Assembly (NCBI GenBank): GCA_964016885.1
Contig: OZ024742.1
Location: 113,956,001-114,020,000 of the forward strand
Direction: 5' to 3'
Length of the DNA stretch: 64,000 bases
Source of the DNA: Eledone cirrhosa
Lineage: Eukaryota
Below are positions 24,148-35,979 of the stretch, piece after piece. The translations under genes were made by a program, and so were the position numbers. Positions within the stretch are counted from its first letter, which is position 1. Each line of letters begins with the position of its first letter. The notes under the pieces were generated by a model, which did no database searches, was not told where the DNA came from, and saw only the letters and a program-made list of their open reading frames with translations.

Positions 24148-27100
24148 TGAGTTACAAACGAAAAGTGAGTTACAAACGAAACGAAATTTAATTTCGTTTC
24201 GTTATTTGTTTTTATCGTCTCCGTTGAACCGGTACTTACTCACACTCTATGCAAATTAGTCTGCCCACTACTAATTTTCATAGAAAAAGCATATAACGAT
24301 ATGTGCTTTTACGATTCTCTAGAGAGGCCGGAAGATAGGTAAATATTGCTGATGAGTTGTAACAACAACGAAACTAGTTCAATATTCCTTGTCTGGCTTT
24401 CTGGAGAATAGAGGAAAGGTGTTTCCTCAAAAACCAGTATGACTCTAAAAACCGGTTTGTCTGTGTGTTTACATACAGAATAGCTGGCCACTCACAGTAA
24501 AGTGACCAATGAAAAAAACTTGGTACATCTACATATGTATACGTGTGTGTATTCATATACATAATAGTATTTCAGTATACATATATGGATGTACATCTTT
24601 AACTTAATTGTTTAAGCGTCAGTCATACAAAAGTGAGTTACAAACGAAACGAAATTTAATTTCGTTTCGTTATTTGTTTTTATCGTCTCCGTTGAACCGG
24701 TACTTACTCACACTCTATGCACATTAGTCTGCCCACTACTAATTTTCATAGAAAAAGCATATAACGATATGTGCTTTTACGATTCTCTAGAGAGGCCGGA
24801 AGATAGGTAAATATTGCTGATGAGTTGTAACAACAACGAAACTAGTTCAATATTCCTTGTCTGGCTTTCTGGAGAATAGAGGAAAGGTGTTTCCTCAAAA
24901 ACCAGTATGACTCTAAAAACCGGTTTGTCTGTGTGTTTACATACAGAATAGCTGGCCACTCACAGTAAAGTGACCAGTGAAAAAAACTTGGTACATCTAC
25001 ATATGTATACGTGTGTGTATTCATATACATACTAGTATTTCAGTATACATATATGGATGTACATCTTTAACTTAATTGTTTAAGCGTCAGTCATACAAAA
25101 GTGAGTTACAAACGAAACGAAATTTAATTTCGTTTCGTTATTTGTTTTTATCGTCTCCGTTGAACCGGTACTTACTCACACTCTATGCAAATTAGTCTGC
25201 CCACTACTAATTTTCATAGAAAAAGCATATAACGATATGTGCTTTTACGATTCTCTAGAGAGGCCGGAAGATAGGTAAATATTGCTGATGAGTTGTAACA
25301 ACAACGAAACTAGTTCAATATTCCTTGTCTGGCTTTCTGGAGAATAGAGGAAAGGTGTTTCCTCAAAAACCAGTATGACTCTAAAAACCGGTTTGTCTGT
25401 GTGTTTACATACAGAATAGCTGGCCACTCACAGTAAAGTGACCAGTGAAAAAAACTTGGTACATCTACATATGTATACGTGTGTGTATTCATATACATAA
25501 TAGTATTTCAGTATACATATATGGATGTACATCTTTAACTTAATTGTTTAAGCGTCAGTCATACAAAAGTGAGTTACAAACGAAACGAAATTTAATTTCG
25601 TTTCGTTATTTGTTTTTATCGTCTCCGTTGAACCGGTACTTACTCACACTCTATGCAAATTAGTCTGCCCACTACTAATTTTCATAGAAAAAGCATATAA
25701 CGATATGTGCTTTTACGATTCTCTAGAGAGGCCGGAAGATAGGTAAATATTGCTGATGAGTTGTAACAACAACGAAACTAGTTCAATATTCCTTGTCTGG
25801 CTTTCTGGAGAATAGAGGAAAGGTGTTTCCTCAAAAACCAGTATGACTCTAAAAACCGGTTTGTCTGTGTGTTTACATACAGAATAGCTGGCCACTCACA
25901 GTAAAGTGACCAGTGAAAAAAACTTGGTACATCTACATATGTATACGTGTGTGTATTCATATACATACTAGTATTTCAGTATACATATATGGATGTACAT
26001 CTTTAACTTAATTGTTTAAGCGTCAGTCATACAAAAGTGAGTTACAAACGAAACGAAATTTAATTTCGTTTCGTTATTTGTTTTTATCGTCTCCGTTGAA
26101 CCGGTACTTACTCACACTCTATGCAAATTAGTCTGCCCACTACTAATTTTCATAGAAAAAGCATATAACGATATGTGCTTTTACGATTCTCTAGAGAGGC
26201 CGGAAGATAGGTAAATATTGCTGATGAGTTGTAACAACAACGAAACTAGTTCAATATTCCTTGTCTGGCTTTCTGGAGAATAGAGGAAAGGTGTTTCCTC
26301 AAAAACCAGTATGACTCTAAAAACCCGTTTGTCTGTGTGTTTACATACAGAATAGCTGGCCACTCACAGTAAAGTGACCAGTGAAAAAAACTTGGTACAT
26401 CTACATATGTATACGTGTGTGTATTCATATACATACTAGTATTTCAGTATACATATATGGATGTACATCTTTAACTTAATTGTTTAAGCGTCAGTCATAC
26501 AAAAGTGAGTTACAAACGAAACGAAATTTAATTTCGTTTCGTTATTTGTTTTTATCGTCTCCGTTGAACCGGTACTTACTCACACTCTATGCAAATTAGT
26601 CTGCCCACTACTAATTTTCATAGAAAAAGCATATAACGATATGTGCTTTTACGATTCTCTAGAGAGGCCGGAAGATAGGTAAATATTGCTGATGAGTTGT
26701 AACAACAACGAAACTAGTTCAATATTCCTTGTCTGGCTTTCTGGAGAATAGAGGAAAGGTGTTTCCTCAAAAACCAGTATGACTCTAAAAACCGGTTTGT
26801 CTGTGTGTTTACATACAGAATAGCTGGCCACTCACAGTAAAGTGACCAGTGAAAAAAACTTGGTACATCTACATATGTATACGTGTGAGTATTCATATAC
26901 ATACTAGTATTTCAGTATACATATATGGATGTACATCTTTAACTTAATTGTTTAAGCGTCAGTCATACAAAAGTGAGTTACAAACGAAACGAAATTTAAT
27001 TTCGTTTCGTTATTTGTTTTTATCGTCTCCGTTGAACCGGTACTTACTCACACTCTATGCAAATTAGTCTGCCCACTACTAATTTTCATAGAAAAAGCAT

Positions 27101-28353
27101 ATAACGATATGTGCTTTTACGATTCTCTAGAGAGGCCGGAAGATAGGTAAATATTGCTGATGAGTTGTAACAACAACGAAACTAGTTCAATATTCCTTGT
27201 CTGGCTTTCTGGAGAATAGAGGAAAGGTGTTTCCTCAAAAACCAGTATGACTCTAAAAACCGGTTTGTCTGTGTGTTTACATACAGAATAGCTGGCCACT
27301 CACAGTAAAGTGACCAGTGAAAAAAACTTGGTACATCTACATATGTATACGTGTGTGTATTCATATACATACTAGTATTTCAGTATACATATATGGATGT
27401 ACATCTTTAACTTAATTGTTTAAGCGTCAGTCATACAAAAGTGAGTTACAAACGAAACGAAATTTAATTTCGTTTCGTTATTTGTTTTTATCGTCTCCGT
27501 TGAACCGGTACTTACTCACACTCTATGCAAATTAGTCTGCCCACTACTAATTTTCATAGAAAAAGCATATAACGATATGTGCTTTTACGATTCTCTAGAG
27601 AGGCCGGAAGATAGGTAAATATTGCTGATGAGTTGTAACAACAACGAAACTAGTTCAATATTCCTTGTCTGGCTTTCTGGAGAATAGAGGAAAGGTGTTT
27701 CCTCAAAAACCAGTATGACTCTAAAAACCGGTTTGTCTGTGTGTTTACATACAGAATAGCTGGCCACTCACAGTAAAGTGACCAGTGAAAAAAACTTGGT
27801 ACATCTACATATGTATACGTGTGTGTATTCATATACATACTAGTATTTCAGTATACATATATGGATGTACATCTTTAACTTAATTGTTTAAGCGTCAGTC
27901 ATACAAAAGTGAGTTACAAACGAAACGAAATTTAATTTCGTTTCGTTATTTGTTTTTATCGTCTCCGTTGAACCGGTACTTACTCACACTCTATGCAAAT
28001 TAGTCTGCCCACTACTAATTTTCATAGAAAAAGCATATAACGATATGTGCTTTTACGATTCTCTAGAGAGGCCGGAAGATAGGTAAATATTGCTGATGAG
28101 TTGTAACAACAACGAAACTAGTTCAATATTCCTTGTCTGGCTTTCTGGAGAATAGAGGAAAGGTGTTTCCTCAAAAACCAGTATGACTCTAAAAACCGGT
28201 TTGTCTGTGTGTTTACATACAGAATAGCTGGCCACTCACAGTAAAGTGACCAGTGAAAAAAACTTGGTACATCTACATATGTATACGTGTGTGTATTCAT
28301 ATACATACTAGTATTTCAGTATACATATATGGATGTACATCTTTAACTTAATT

Positions 28354-28358
<5 letters not shown>
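24146..28358 (+). repeat. 468-bp tandem array, right arm: 9 units in inverted orientation
   Basis: Reverse complement of the left-arm unit. It ends at ...aattgttta|(TA)n. Confidence 0.95.
24342..24386 (+). ncRNA. Type I hammerhead ribozyme, first of 9 right-arm copies
   Basis: aatattg-CTGATGA-gttgtaacaacaac-GAAAC-ta-GTT-caatatt. Confidence 0.88.
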
Positions 28359-28396
<38 letters not shown>

Positions 28397-28404
28397 TTTC
28401 TTTT

Positions 28405-28830
28405 TTTAGTCTCATTCCTTCTCAGCCCCACACTCGTCAATATTGTCTCAACCTCCTGCATCAAATCTTCTGCCGCCTTCACTGTATTTGTCACCAAATC
28501 TATGTCGTCGGCAAATTCAACATCCGATATCTTCTTCGCCTTAACTCTCCTGCTCTGAGCCGGTGCTACAGTAAAGGTAGAGTCCCGGTTGTTCATGATT
28601 GTTGTAGTGGTGTCTGTGCTGCTGTATGGGTCTCAGACTTGGACAGTGACCAAGAAACTCACTTAAATGAGAATGCTGAGGATGGCTCTGAACATTAATC
28701 AGTATACACTGAGGATGTAAAACTGCAAAAGTCAGCTCAAAAGTGACACAGAGGAGACTGAGTTTAGCTGGGCATGCTCACCGACATCCAGAGTTGACAT
28801 TGCACTCAGTGTTCCTGTGGGATAACAGAA
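28405..28830. mobile_element. RTE-like LINE fragment with an inverted 5' piece
   Basis: Minus 28405-28580 reads ISDVEFADDIDL...VGLRRNETK (RT). Plus 28585-28830 reads SVLLYGSQTWT and QRRLSLAGHAHRHPE...FLW. Confidence 0.75.
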
Positions 28831-28949
28831 AAACAACTACAAACACAATAAACAAAAAGAGCAAATTCCTTGCTACAAACGAAATACAGTTAGAAATGGT
28901 AAATGATTTAATGAGACACTTGTTTCTGCTTGTGCGATAACGTATGCAC

Positions 28950-31934
28950 ATCAGGTGAAATATTTGTCGATGACAAGGGCAAAACATCATCCAGGTGGTC
29001 GTCACGCAACATTGTTCTTAAATAACTTTTAGTTTATTTCATTTTGGAAAAAAGTTGTTCACAAGCATATGTACTTCCAAATAATGATATCATCAGTTTC
29101 GTATTAGTCAAGATGTTTTTATATTTTCCGCTCGGCAATATATATTTCTTGCAGAAGTCAGCAGTGGATTCGAACTGAAATTTCGATTTCAAAGATTCGT
29201 CGCCTGTAAGTCAATTAACTCCAACTTATATTCTTCTGCCACTTGCGCTACATCTGTTTCGTAGGGAGTACCAAATAACTTAAATAGCGTTCCATATTGC
29301 CGGAAGTCATTAAAACGAGAGGAAAACTCGCTTCTCAAATCATTAATAGAGCTCACAAAGATGTCTGGTATTATATCTCTCTTGTGATTTTGGAGACTTG
29401 GGAAATGAGAGTAGTTTCTTTTTTGAAGTTGTGATTCCCACAGTCGAAGTTTTCTCTCAAAATGACCAAACATCTCAAATACAACCTTGTTCTTTCCTTG
29501 AAGCTCAAAATTCAAAGTGTTCATGTGGGTCGTGATGTCGACTATAAAAGCTAACTTGACAACCAACTGTGGATCCTAAAAGTAAGAATTATCTTGCTCT
29601 TTGCTCTCTAAAAACTTAGAAATCTCTTCTCTCAATGCATATACTCGTTCTATCATTTTTTTTCCGCGGCTAAGCCATCGAACATTGGAAAGTTATGTAA
29701 GGTCGCCATACTCTGATTCCAATTTGTTTTAGAAATTCTTGAAACTGGCGGTAATTTAGTCCTCTTGACAATATAAAATTCACTGTTTTCACGACAACTG
29801 CCATGATGTCCTTAAAATTCAGTGAATTTGCACATAATGCTTCTCAATGAATAATGCAATGAACTTTGATTAGTTTTTGATTAATACCGATGTGTTTTTC
29901 GAGCAATGCAACACACCCCCTTTTCTCTCCAACCATTGCTACTCCCAAAACCTTTGATAAATCCAGATTCATTTCGGTAATCCATTTTATTATGCTTTCC
30001 AAAATATCTGCTCCAGTGCTTGTGTCCTTCATAGGAATCAATCGTACAAATTCTTCCACAATATCAAATGTTGGTGTTACACCCCTCACAAACACTGCAA
30101 GTTGATAAGTATCCTTCATATATGTGGTTTCATCGATAGCAAAGGAATAATACTCCAGATTATTTAAAATGCTCTTCAAGCCACTTCTGACATTTGCTGC
30201 CACCTCTTCAATTCGCCTTGTTACTGTTCTTGCCGATAAGCTGATCGCAGAAAATAATTCCCTTTTTTCTGGACAAACAACATCTGCTACCTTCAACAAT
30301 AATTATTTGAAGAAATCTCCATCAGTAAAAGGTTTCATCCTTTCTGCAATTAGTTTTGACATCTCGTAGCTAGCCCGTGTATTTCGATCACTTTCTTCAA
30401 CTTTTCTAGTGAAAAATGATGATTGCTTTGTTACATTATTTCTCAGCCGTGCTACTTCGTTTACTCGTGCTTTTCTAGTAAAACTGTTGTAATGATTATG
30501 CTGCGTTTCATAGTGTCGTTTAATATTTGAAACTTTCTTTACGGTAATGGTTTCTTGACAAATTAAGTAAACACATTTTCCGAAGTGCTCAATGAAAAAA
30601 TAGATAAGTGTACAGCCATCGTTAAAAGTTCGGCACTCCAAATCTACTTTTCTCTTCTTAGCTTCCATATAAAAAATAGTTATGGAAAGGAAAAAGAACA
30701 AAAAGTATAATAATCAGAATGAAGAAATAAGAAACAATGAAAACAAATGTAAATTCAAATATAGTAATGCGATAAAATATGATAATTGTGAATAAATTAT
30801 ATAAAACCAGGTTTCTAACGACGCTGTTAGATCAGGGTTGCCATTTATGTTTTTAAACCACTTTTGGTCTAATTCTAATAATAATAATTCACACAATTTA
30901 TCACAAATAATTAAATAAATGTTATTATCGAATAAAGATACCTACTGTATAGTTGTTATACCATCAGACAACAAACTCAAATGAAAATACTCTGGGGAGG
31001 AAGGAACGAAGTCTTTTTTCCGGGGACAGCTTTGCCTTGTGCCGGGGGGGGGGGGGGTGCACAGCTAAGGTCAGGCAAACGAAGACGACAATAATTCACG
31101 AGTGATTTTATTGAATGACAATATGGGTATAAAAGCGAGTCATGCGAACCGTAAGGTAGTATACCTTCTAGTCGCTGACGAAAATGCATACTTCCAGCCA
31201 ACATTTGTGTTTGTTGACTGGAACAAAAACACATACATGAAATCACAGGATATAATAATACAGGTGATATAATGCTTGGCGGAAAGCCCGGAACAAGATG
31301 GATAAGAGGAAATAATTGTTTCTACTTTTGGCACACGGCCATCAATTATCCCAGTGTATTACTGGTACTTTATTTTATCGACCCCGCAAGGATGAAAGGC
31401 AAAGTTAACCTCGGCGGGATTTGAAATCAGACCATAAAGGGGAATAACTCTTTGCTGCAAAGCATGGCGTCCGACCCTCTAGCGATACTGCCAATCCACC
31501 GAGGAAATAATACATGGAAAATATAATTGTTTCTACTTTTGGCACAAGGCCAGCAATTATCACAGTGCATTACTGGTACTTTATTTTATCGACCCCGTAA
31601 GGATGAAAGGCAAAATTAACCTAGGCGGGATTTGAACTCAGAATGGCAAGGGCCGTAACTCTATGCATCAAAGCATGGCGTCCGACTCTCTACCGATACT
31701 ACCAATTCACCGCCCTTAAATGGAAAATATAATAAGGTTACAAAGGTATCTGTAAATATATACGGTATGAGCAGCGATTTTTGATGGGCATCAGGTCGGC
31801 ACAACCTTGAAGTGAACTACTGTATCTGTATTCGATACTAACTAGATAATTAGTGTCCAGTGTAAGATGGCGGGCCGGATAAAAATCATTCAAGAGCCCG
31901 ATGTGGCCCGCGGGCCTGGAGTTGCCGACCCCTG
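28950..31934 (-). mobile_element. Decayed hAT DNA transposon (GTF2IRD2/SPIN/Charlie-like transposase), one terminal inverted repeat retained
   Basis: ORFs contain KKRKVD.ECR.F, C.IC.E...NIKRHY, SLSARTVTRRI, YSFAIDETT...QLAVFVRG, TGADI, HCIIH, VRWLSRG and LNFELQGK. A CAGGGGTCGGCAAC terminus lies at 31921-31934 on the minus strand. The other end is not found and the left boundary is approximate. Confidence 0.85.
31315..31720 (+). mobile_element. Two tandem copies of a SINE-like repeat nested in the hAT element
   Basis: ttgtttctacttttggcac...tactggtactttattttatcgacccc..aaggatgaaaggcaaa at ~31315 and ~31525. The same family occurs at 41997-42112 (+), 61425-61515 (-) and 7160-7222 (-). Confidence 0.8.
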
Positions 31935-32041
31935 CCCTTAGCCTAGACACTGGTCTGTTGGAGACGCAGCACATGGCGGCGATAATGAGGGACAGAGACC
32001 GCTGGAGAGAACTCGTCCATGGATCTCTGGAATTTTACCCG

Positions 32042-32043
<2 letters not shown>
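31935..32043 (+). mobile_element. 3' end of the RTE-like LINE interrupted by the hAT element
   Basis: LSLDTGLLETQHMAAIMRDRDRWRELV is a typical RTE C-terminus, followed by (TA)n. Confidence 0.65.
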
Positions 32044-32075
<32 letters not shown>

Positions 32076-32760
32076 GCTTAAGACATTTAACATTTCTGGA
32101 GTGTCGGAAAAATAAATTTCCATTTCTTTCGCTAGACGATAATACTCGGAACGGTTGACACGCTGTTGGGCCCCGGGCTGGTCGGGTCCACTACGTCGTT
32201 GGTTATTGACCGCTTAGCATGGGCTTAATCTTTACTCGATGTCCTACCCTGAAAATGTATCGTAACTATCTATAATACACTTAAACTTTTTGATAAAAGC
32301 CTCAGTCTGCAAATTCTTTAAGTACATGTCACAGCTTTAAACCTAAGACTTATTTATCTAATTTCATCTTCAATTGCATCTTCTAACTCTAAACATAAAT
32401 TTAACGTTTCTAATTGTTAATCGTAATTTCTCTCCATATATTATACCATGCAGACGCCCACTATATATCACTATATATAGCATTGATAAATAGATATATG
32501 TTCTTTGATAAAATATGTTTCACGGCACTTTCTCGCACGCATGGCCAGCTTGATTGTAACCTGATCTCAACGCCGGCCTCTGTCTTTGGCGAGGTGGTAG
32601 TAGTACACTATAAGCCTACGCCCCTTCACCAGATGGACATATGAAGGCTTAATAATCACCAGTTGAGGGCGGCTGACTGGGGTGAAGCTGCTAAATGTTC
32701 AGTCGCCCGCATGTCTTTGATTTTCAACTCAGCAGCATGGATTGTGTCTATTATATTCCT

Positions 32761-32837
32761 TTGTTATATTTCGAATAACTGATGATGTCACCGGATTCAT
32801 ACAGAACCCGGTCATTGAAATGATCATAATATAATAA
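32761..32837 (+). ncRNA. Degenerate minimal type I hammerhead (probable PLE pLTR)
   Basis: CTGATGA-tgtcaccgg...ccggtcatt-GAAAT-gatc-ATA. Stem I (ttgttatatt/aatataataa) is displaced by 8 nt. Confidence 0.55.
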
Positions 32838-33206
32838 ACCTTTTAAGGAATTACACCAGTCCAGATCCTGTTATTTTATACTATATATATATATACATAT
32901 ATATACAAATATAAATATATTACACAAAGAGAAGTGTGTTACACAGTGAGATGTGTCTTAATAATTATTACAAGTGAGTTTTACCGTTACTGTATAGAGA
33001 ACAATATCTACAGGTTTAGCAATTAAATAGAAAAAAACTAAGTCAGAAACACATCTCACTGTGTAACACACTTCTCTTTGTGTAATATTTTTATATTTGT
33101 ATTTGAGCTCAGAGGAAAATGCTCTATTCCTCCTTGAGTTTATATTATTATTATTACTGTGAATTGCGGAATACTCTTAATTCCGAACATCGTATATATA
33201 TATATA

Positions 33207-33745
33207 AGTTATTCCGGGTTGAAGTGGAGGTAACCACAGTAAAACAGTAAGTAAGGTACTCAATATATGGCAGGGTATAAAGGTTTTAGTATAGAAGAGC
33301 TTCTACAGGACTAGATTTATTTCCATTGTGAGAAATCATCAGGAAGCTGACTGTCCAAGTAAATATGGTTGTATTTATATATTTTCTAAGTGATAGGAGA
33401 GGGTGATGATTCGGATGGGTGGAGGTCATTGGTTGAAATAAATGTACCTGCGTGTGTGTATGTATGTGTATATGTGTGTGTGTATGTATGTACACGTATG
33501 TATATGTGTATGTATATGTATTTATATATATATGCGAGAAGGGAAGTGGATGTCAAGAACTCTGGTAACGCAGAAGAGAGGCGATATTTGAAGGGTGAGG
33601 GTGATTGGGCGTTGGGCCTGAGCAAGGGGGCAGTGTGCTGAACCCCGCAGACAAAACTGCAAAAGTGACGCAGTATGTGCGCACTATATGAGCGATGTGA
33701 CTCCTTGAAATGGGAAGGGGTTGATTCCATGGCGGCATCACCGGG
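33207..33745 (-). mobile_element. PLE 3' fragment with pLTR containing a hammerhead (33298-33348)
   Basis: Reverse complement reads agcttc-CTGATGA...GAAAT...GTA-gaagct. The pLTR end matches 56553-56682. Confidence 0.55.
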
Positions 33746-33779
33746 GTCAACTAGCTTTGCGATGCAAAGCTAGTTGCGT

Positions 33780-35755
33780 TAAGGTTCCTTCTCAGTATGG
33801 TGTTGAAAGCTGCGTGTTGGGGTAACCGGCCTGCTACCACAACATAATCAACAAAAGTACCACCAAACTCTCCTACAGCACCACACCAAACTTTGCACAA
33901 AACATCGTCTCCTCTAACAACAAAAAACCCAAACCCTATGAAAGAAATAACCTAAATAGCAGTGGAGAGCCGACCAGGAGGTGCAACTGTCCTGGTGGAT
34001 CCATTTGCCCCCTCGACACCAGATGCGGAGATCGTAATGTGATCTACCAGTGCAACGTGAGGACTGGACACATCCAACAAAGCTTATATAGGATTAACCG
34101 CATGTGACTTCAAGACACAGTATACCAACACAGTATACTTTCAGAAACCCGGCCCGGCGTCACGCCACCACACTTTCGGGCCACATCTGGGACCTTAAAA
34201 ATAACAATATTAGCTACGATCTCACTGTCCAGAGCCAATTCTTGCAGGGGAGGACGTCGTCCGTGCAATTTATGCTCGGAAGAAACTTTACAAATGTTGT
34301 TTTCGACGGACCAACTCCTAAACAAGAAAGACGAACTGATAACTGCATGCAAACACGTATTTCGTAGGACTTACCTCGCCCTCAAACCCCATAATGACCC
34401 GTGGGGTAGACAAGGGCTGTAACACCCCACTTGCCGACTTTGTAATGGGTAACCGCTGCTTGCAAATGTAGACGTAAGATCTTCTTTTATATCTTTTTAT
34501 CGTTTCCTCTATATTTCCTTCTTGCCCCATCCCTTCCTAGTCCTTCCACCCAAGTCCTCCTTCTTTGTAGTCGTCCTTTTCACTTTCTCGCCCACCCGAG
34601 GCAGCCACTCGTTTCTTCGTAGCCTCAGTAACCCCACCCCCATCCCCTATTTTATGATAGAATTGGCCGACTCCGTTTTTTATAGCAGATGTGATGGACC
34701 CCAGATACTTGCTTTCTTATCCGATGGCTGCCCCATTTCCGTGCTTTCTAAATGTATTAGTGGTATATTGGCTTTTATTTCTCGTATATCAGTATTTTTT
34801 TTTTGGGGGGGGGGGGGGGGGGGAGGGTATTCTGAATTAAATTTCCGTATCAAATTTTTCATATACTTCGTACGAGCATTTATGTAGTTTGCACTAGCAT
34901 TTTTGTATCGTAACGGCACCCTTAGAGATAGTATTAGTATTCATTTTAGGCATTCTGAATTATTATTTCGTATTAGTTTATTTGTTGCAATGGGTGGTTA
35001 GTGGCCTTGTGCCTAGGGTAGAAACAATTATTTCGTATTAGTTTCGGGACTCTGAATTATTATTTGGTGGTAGTTTCTTTAGTATTTTGCCCCCCCCCCC
35101 CCCCACACACACTTGTTGACCTGTCACCGTAAGATATACTCGGTTGATTACTACTAACTCTTAAAATGGTCTCACTACAATTCCGTCCCACCTAGTAAAC
35201 TTTTCTATAGTTTAGCAGAACCAGTGAGAGACTTGATGACTGTGGTTAGGGAATAGTAACCAGAAATTTCTTTTTTTATATTTTTAACATTCTAGGTATT
35301 CTTCTATGTATTTACTCCATATTGTTTTACTTATTGTTTCGACTTCCTCCCCCTCCCCCTCCCTAGTATACATGCTTGACCTCCTGCCCTGCTGTAGTTG
35401 GCACTATCAACGCACGACTGGGTTTCCTCCACTCACTCTCCCCCTTTCTTCTACTGGCAGGTTCAGCTACCCCTTCCTTCCACAAATTGCCATGATAGAA
35501 TTATGTGTCTCAACAACAAACTTTTGACCAATCCCTGTAAGAATCACTTTTACCATATATGGAGTTACCCCCTGAGAAGCTCGGCTATTCATATACCAGG
35601 ATAATCATTTTCATTTAATCCAGAATTAGCCGTCGAAACGGCTTGAGCTCAGCCGTCGGGGTCCTACTCGTTCCTATTACCCACTCTACTACCCTAAGTA
35701 TTGAGTACTTTGGTGCGTTATGGTCCACCTGGTTCCTTACCACATTTCCTTCGGT
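33780..35755 (+). mobile_element. Decayed PLE 3' portion (GIY-YIG tail and pLTR)
   Basis: CNCPGGSICPLDTRC...VIYQC, YIGLT, TFRNPARRHATTLSGHIWDLK, CNLCSEE and LNKKDELITACKH. Hammerhead at 35567-35662. Confidence 0.75.
35567..35662 (+). ncRNA. Type I hammerhead with full stem III and one core deviation
   Basis: acccc-CTGAGAA-g..cggcta...tagccg.c-GAAACGGCT-tgagctc-AGCCGTC-ggggt. Confidence 0.7.
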
Positions 35756-35979
35756 ATATATATATATATATGTATATATATATTGGTTAACAAGTATTCG
35801 TTATAGGTAATCCAGTTAGAGGCTGTGAGTGCTCTGCGCCGTTTTAAGGTGCGGCTTATTTTCACTCAACATGATGCTTCCATAGTTATCCAGCGAGTTC
35901 GCGGTAATTTTTATGCAGGTTATACTTGAAGTAATAATAGTTAAAGAATGAAGATTAGTATGCTTGTCTGTACAATAAG

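Noticed and set aside
11737-28306. Repeated 60-62 aa ORFs (MYMNTHTY..., MASYSVCK...) as a tandem gene family
   Set aside because: They are by-products of the 468-bp repeat. They overlap in different frames, are broken by stops or frameshifts in some units, and have no recognisable domain.
11616-28358. CRISPR array or 5S/snRNA/tRNA gene cluster
   Set aside because: There are no variable spacers or cas genes, and I see no recognisable 5S, snRNA, SL RNA or tRNA sequence in the unit.
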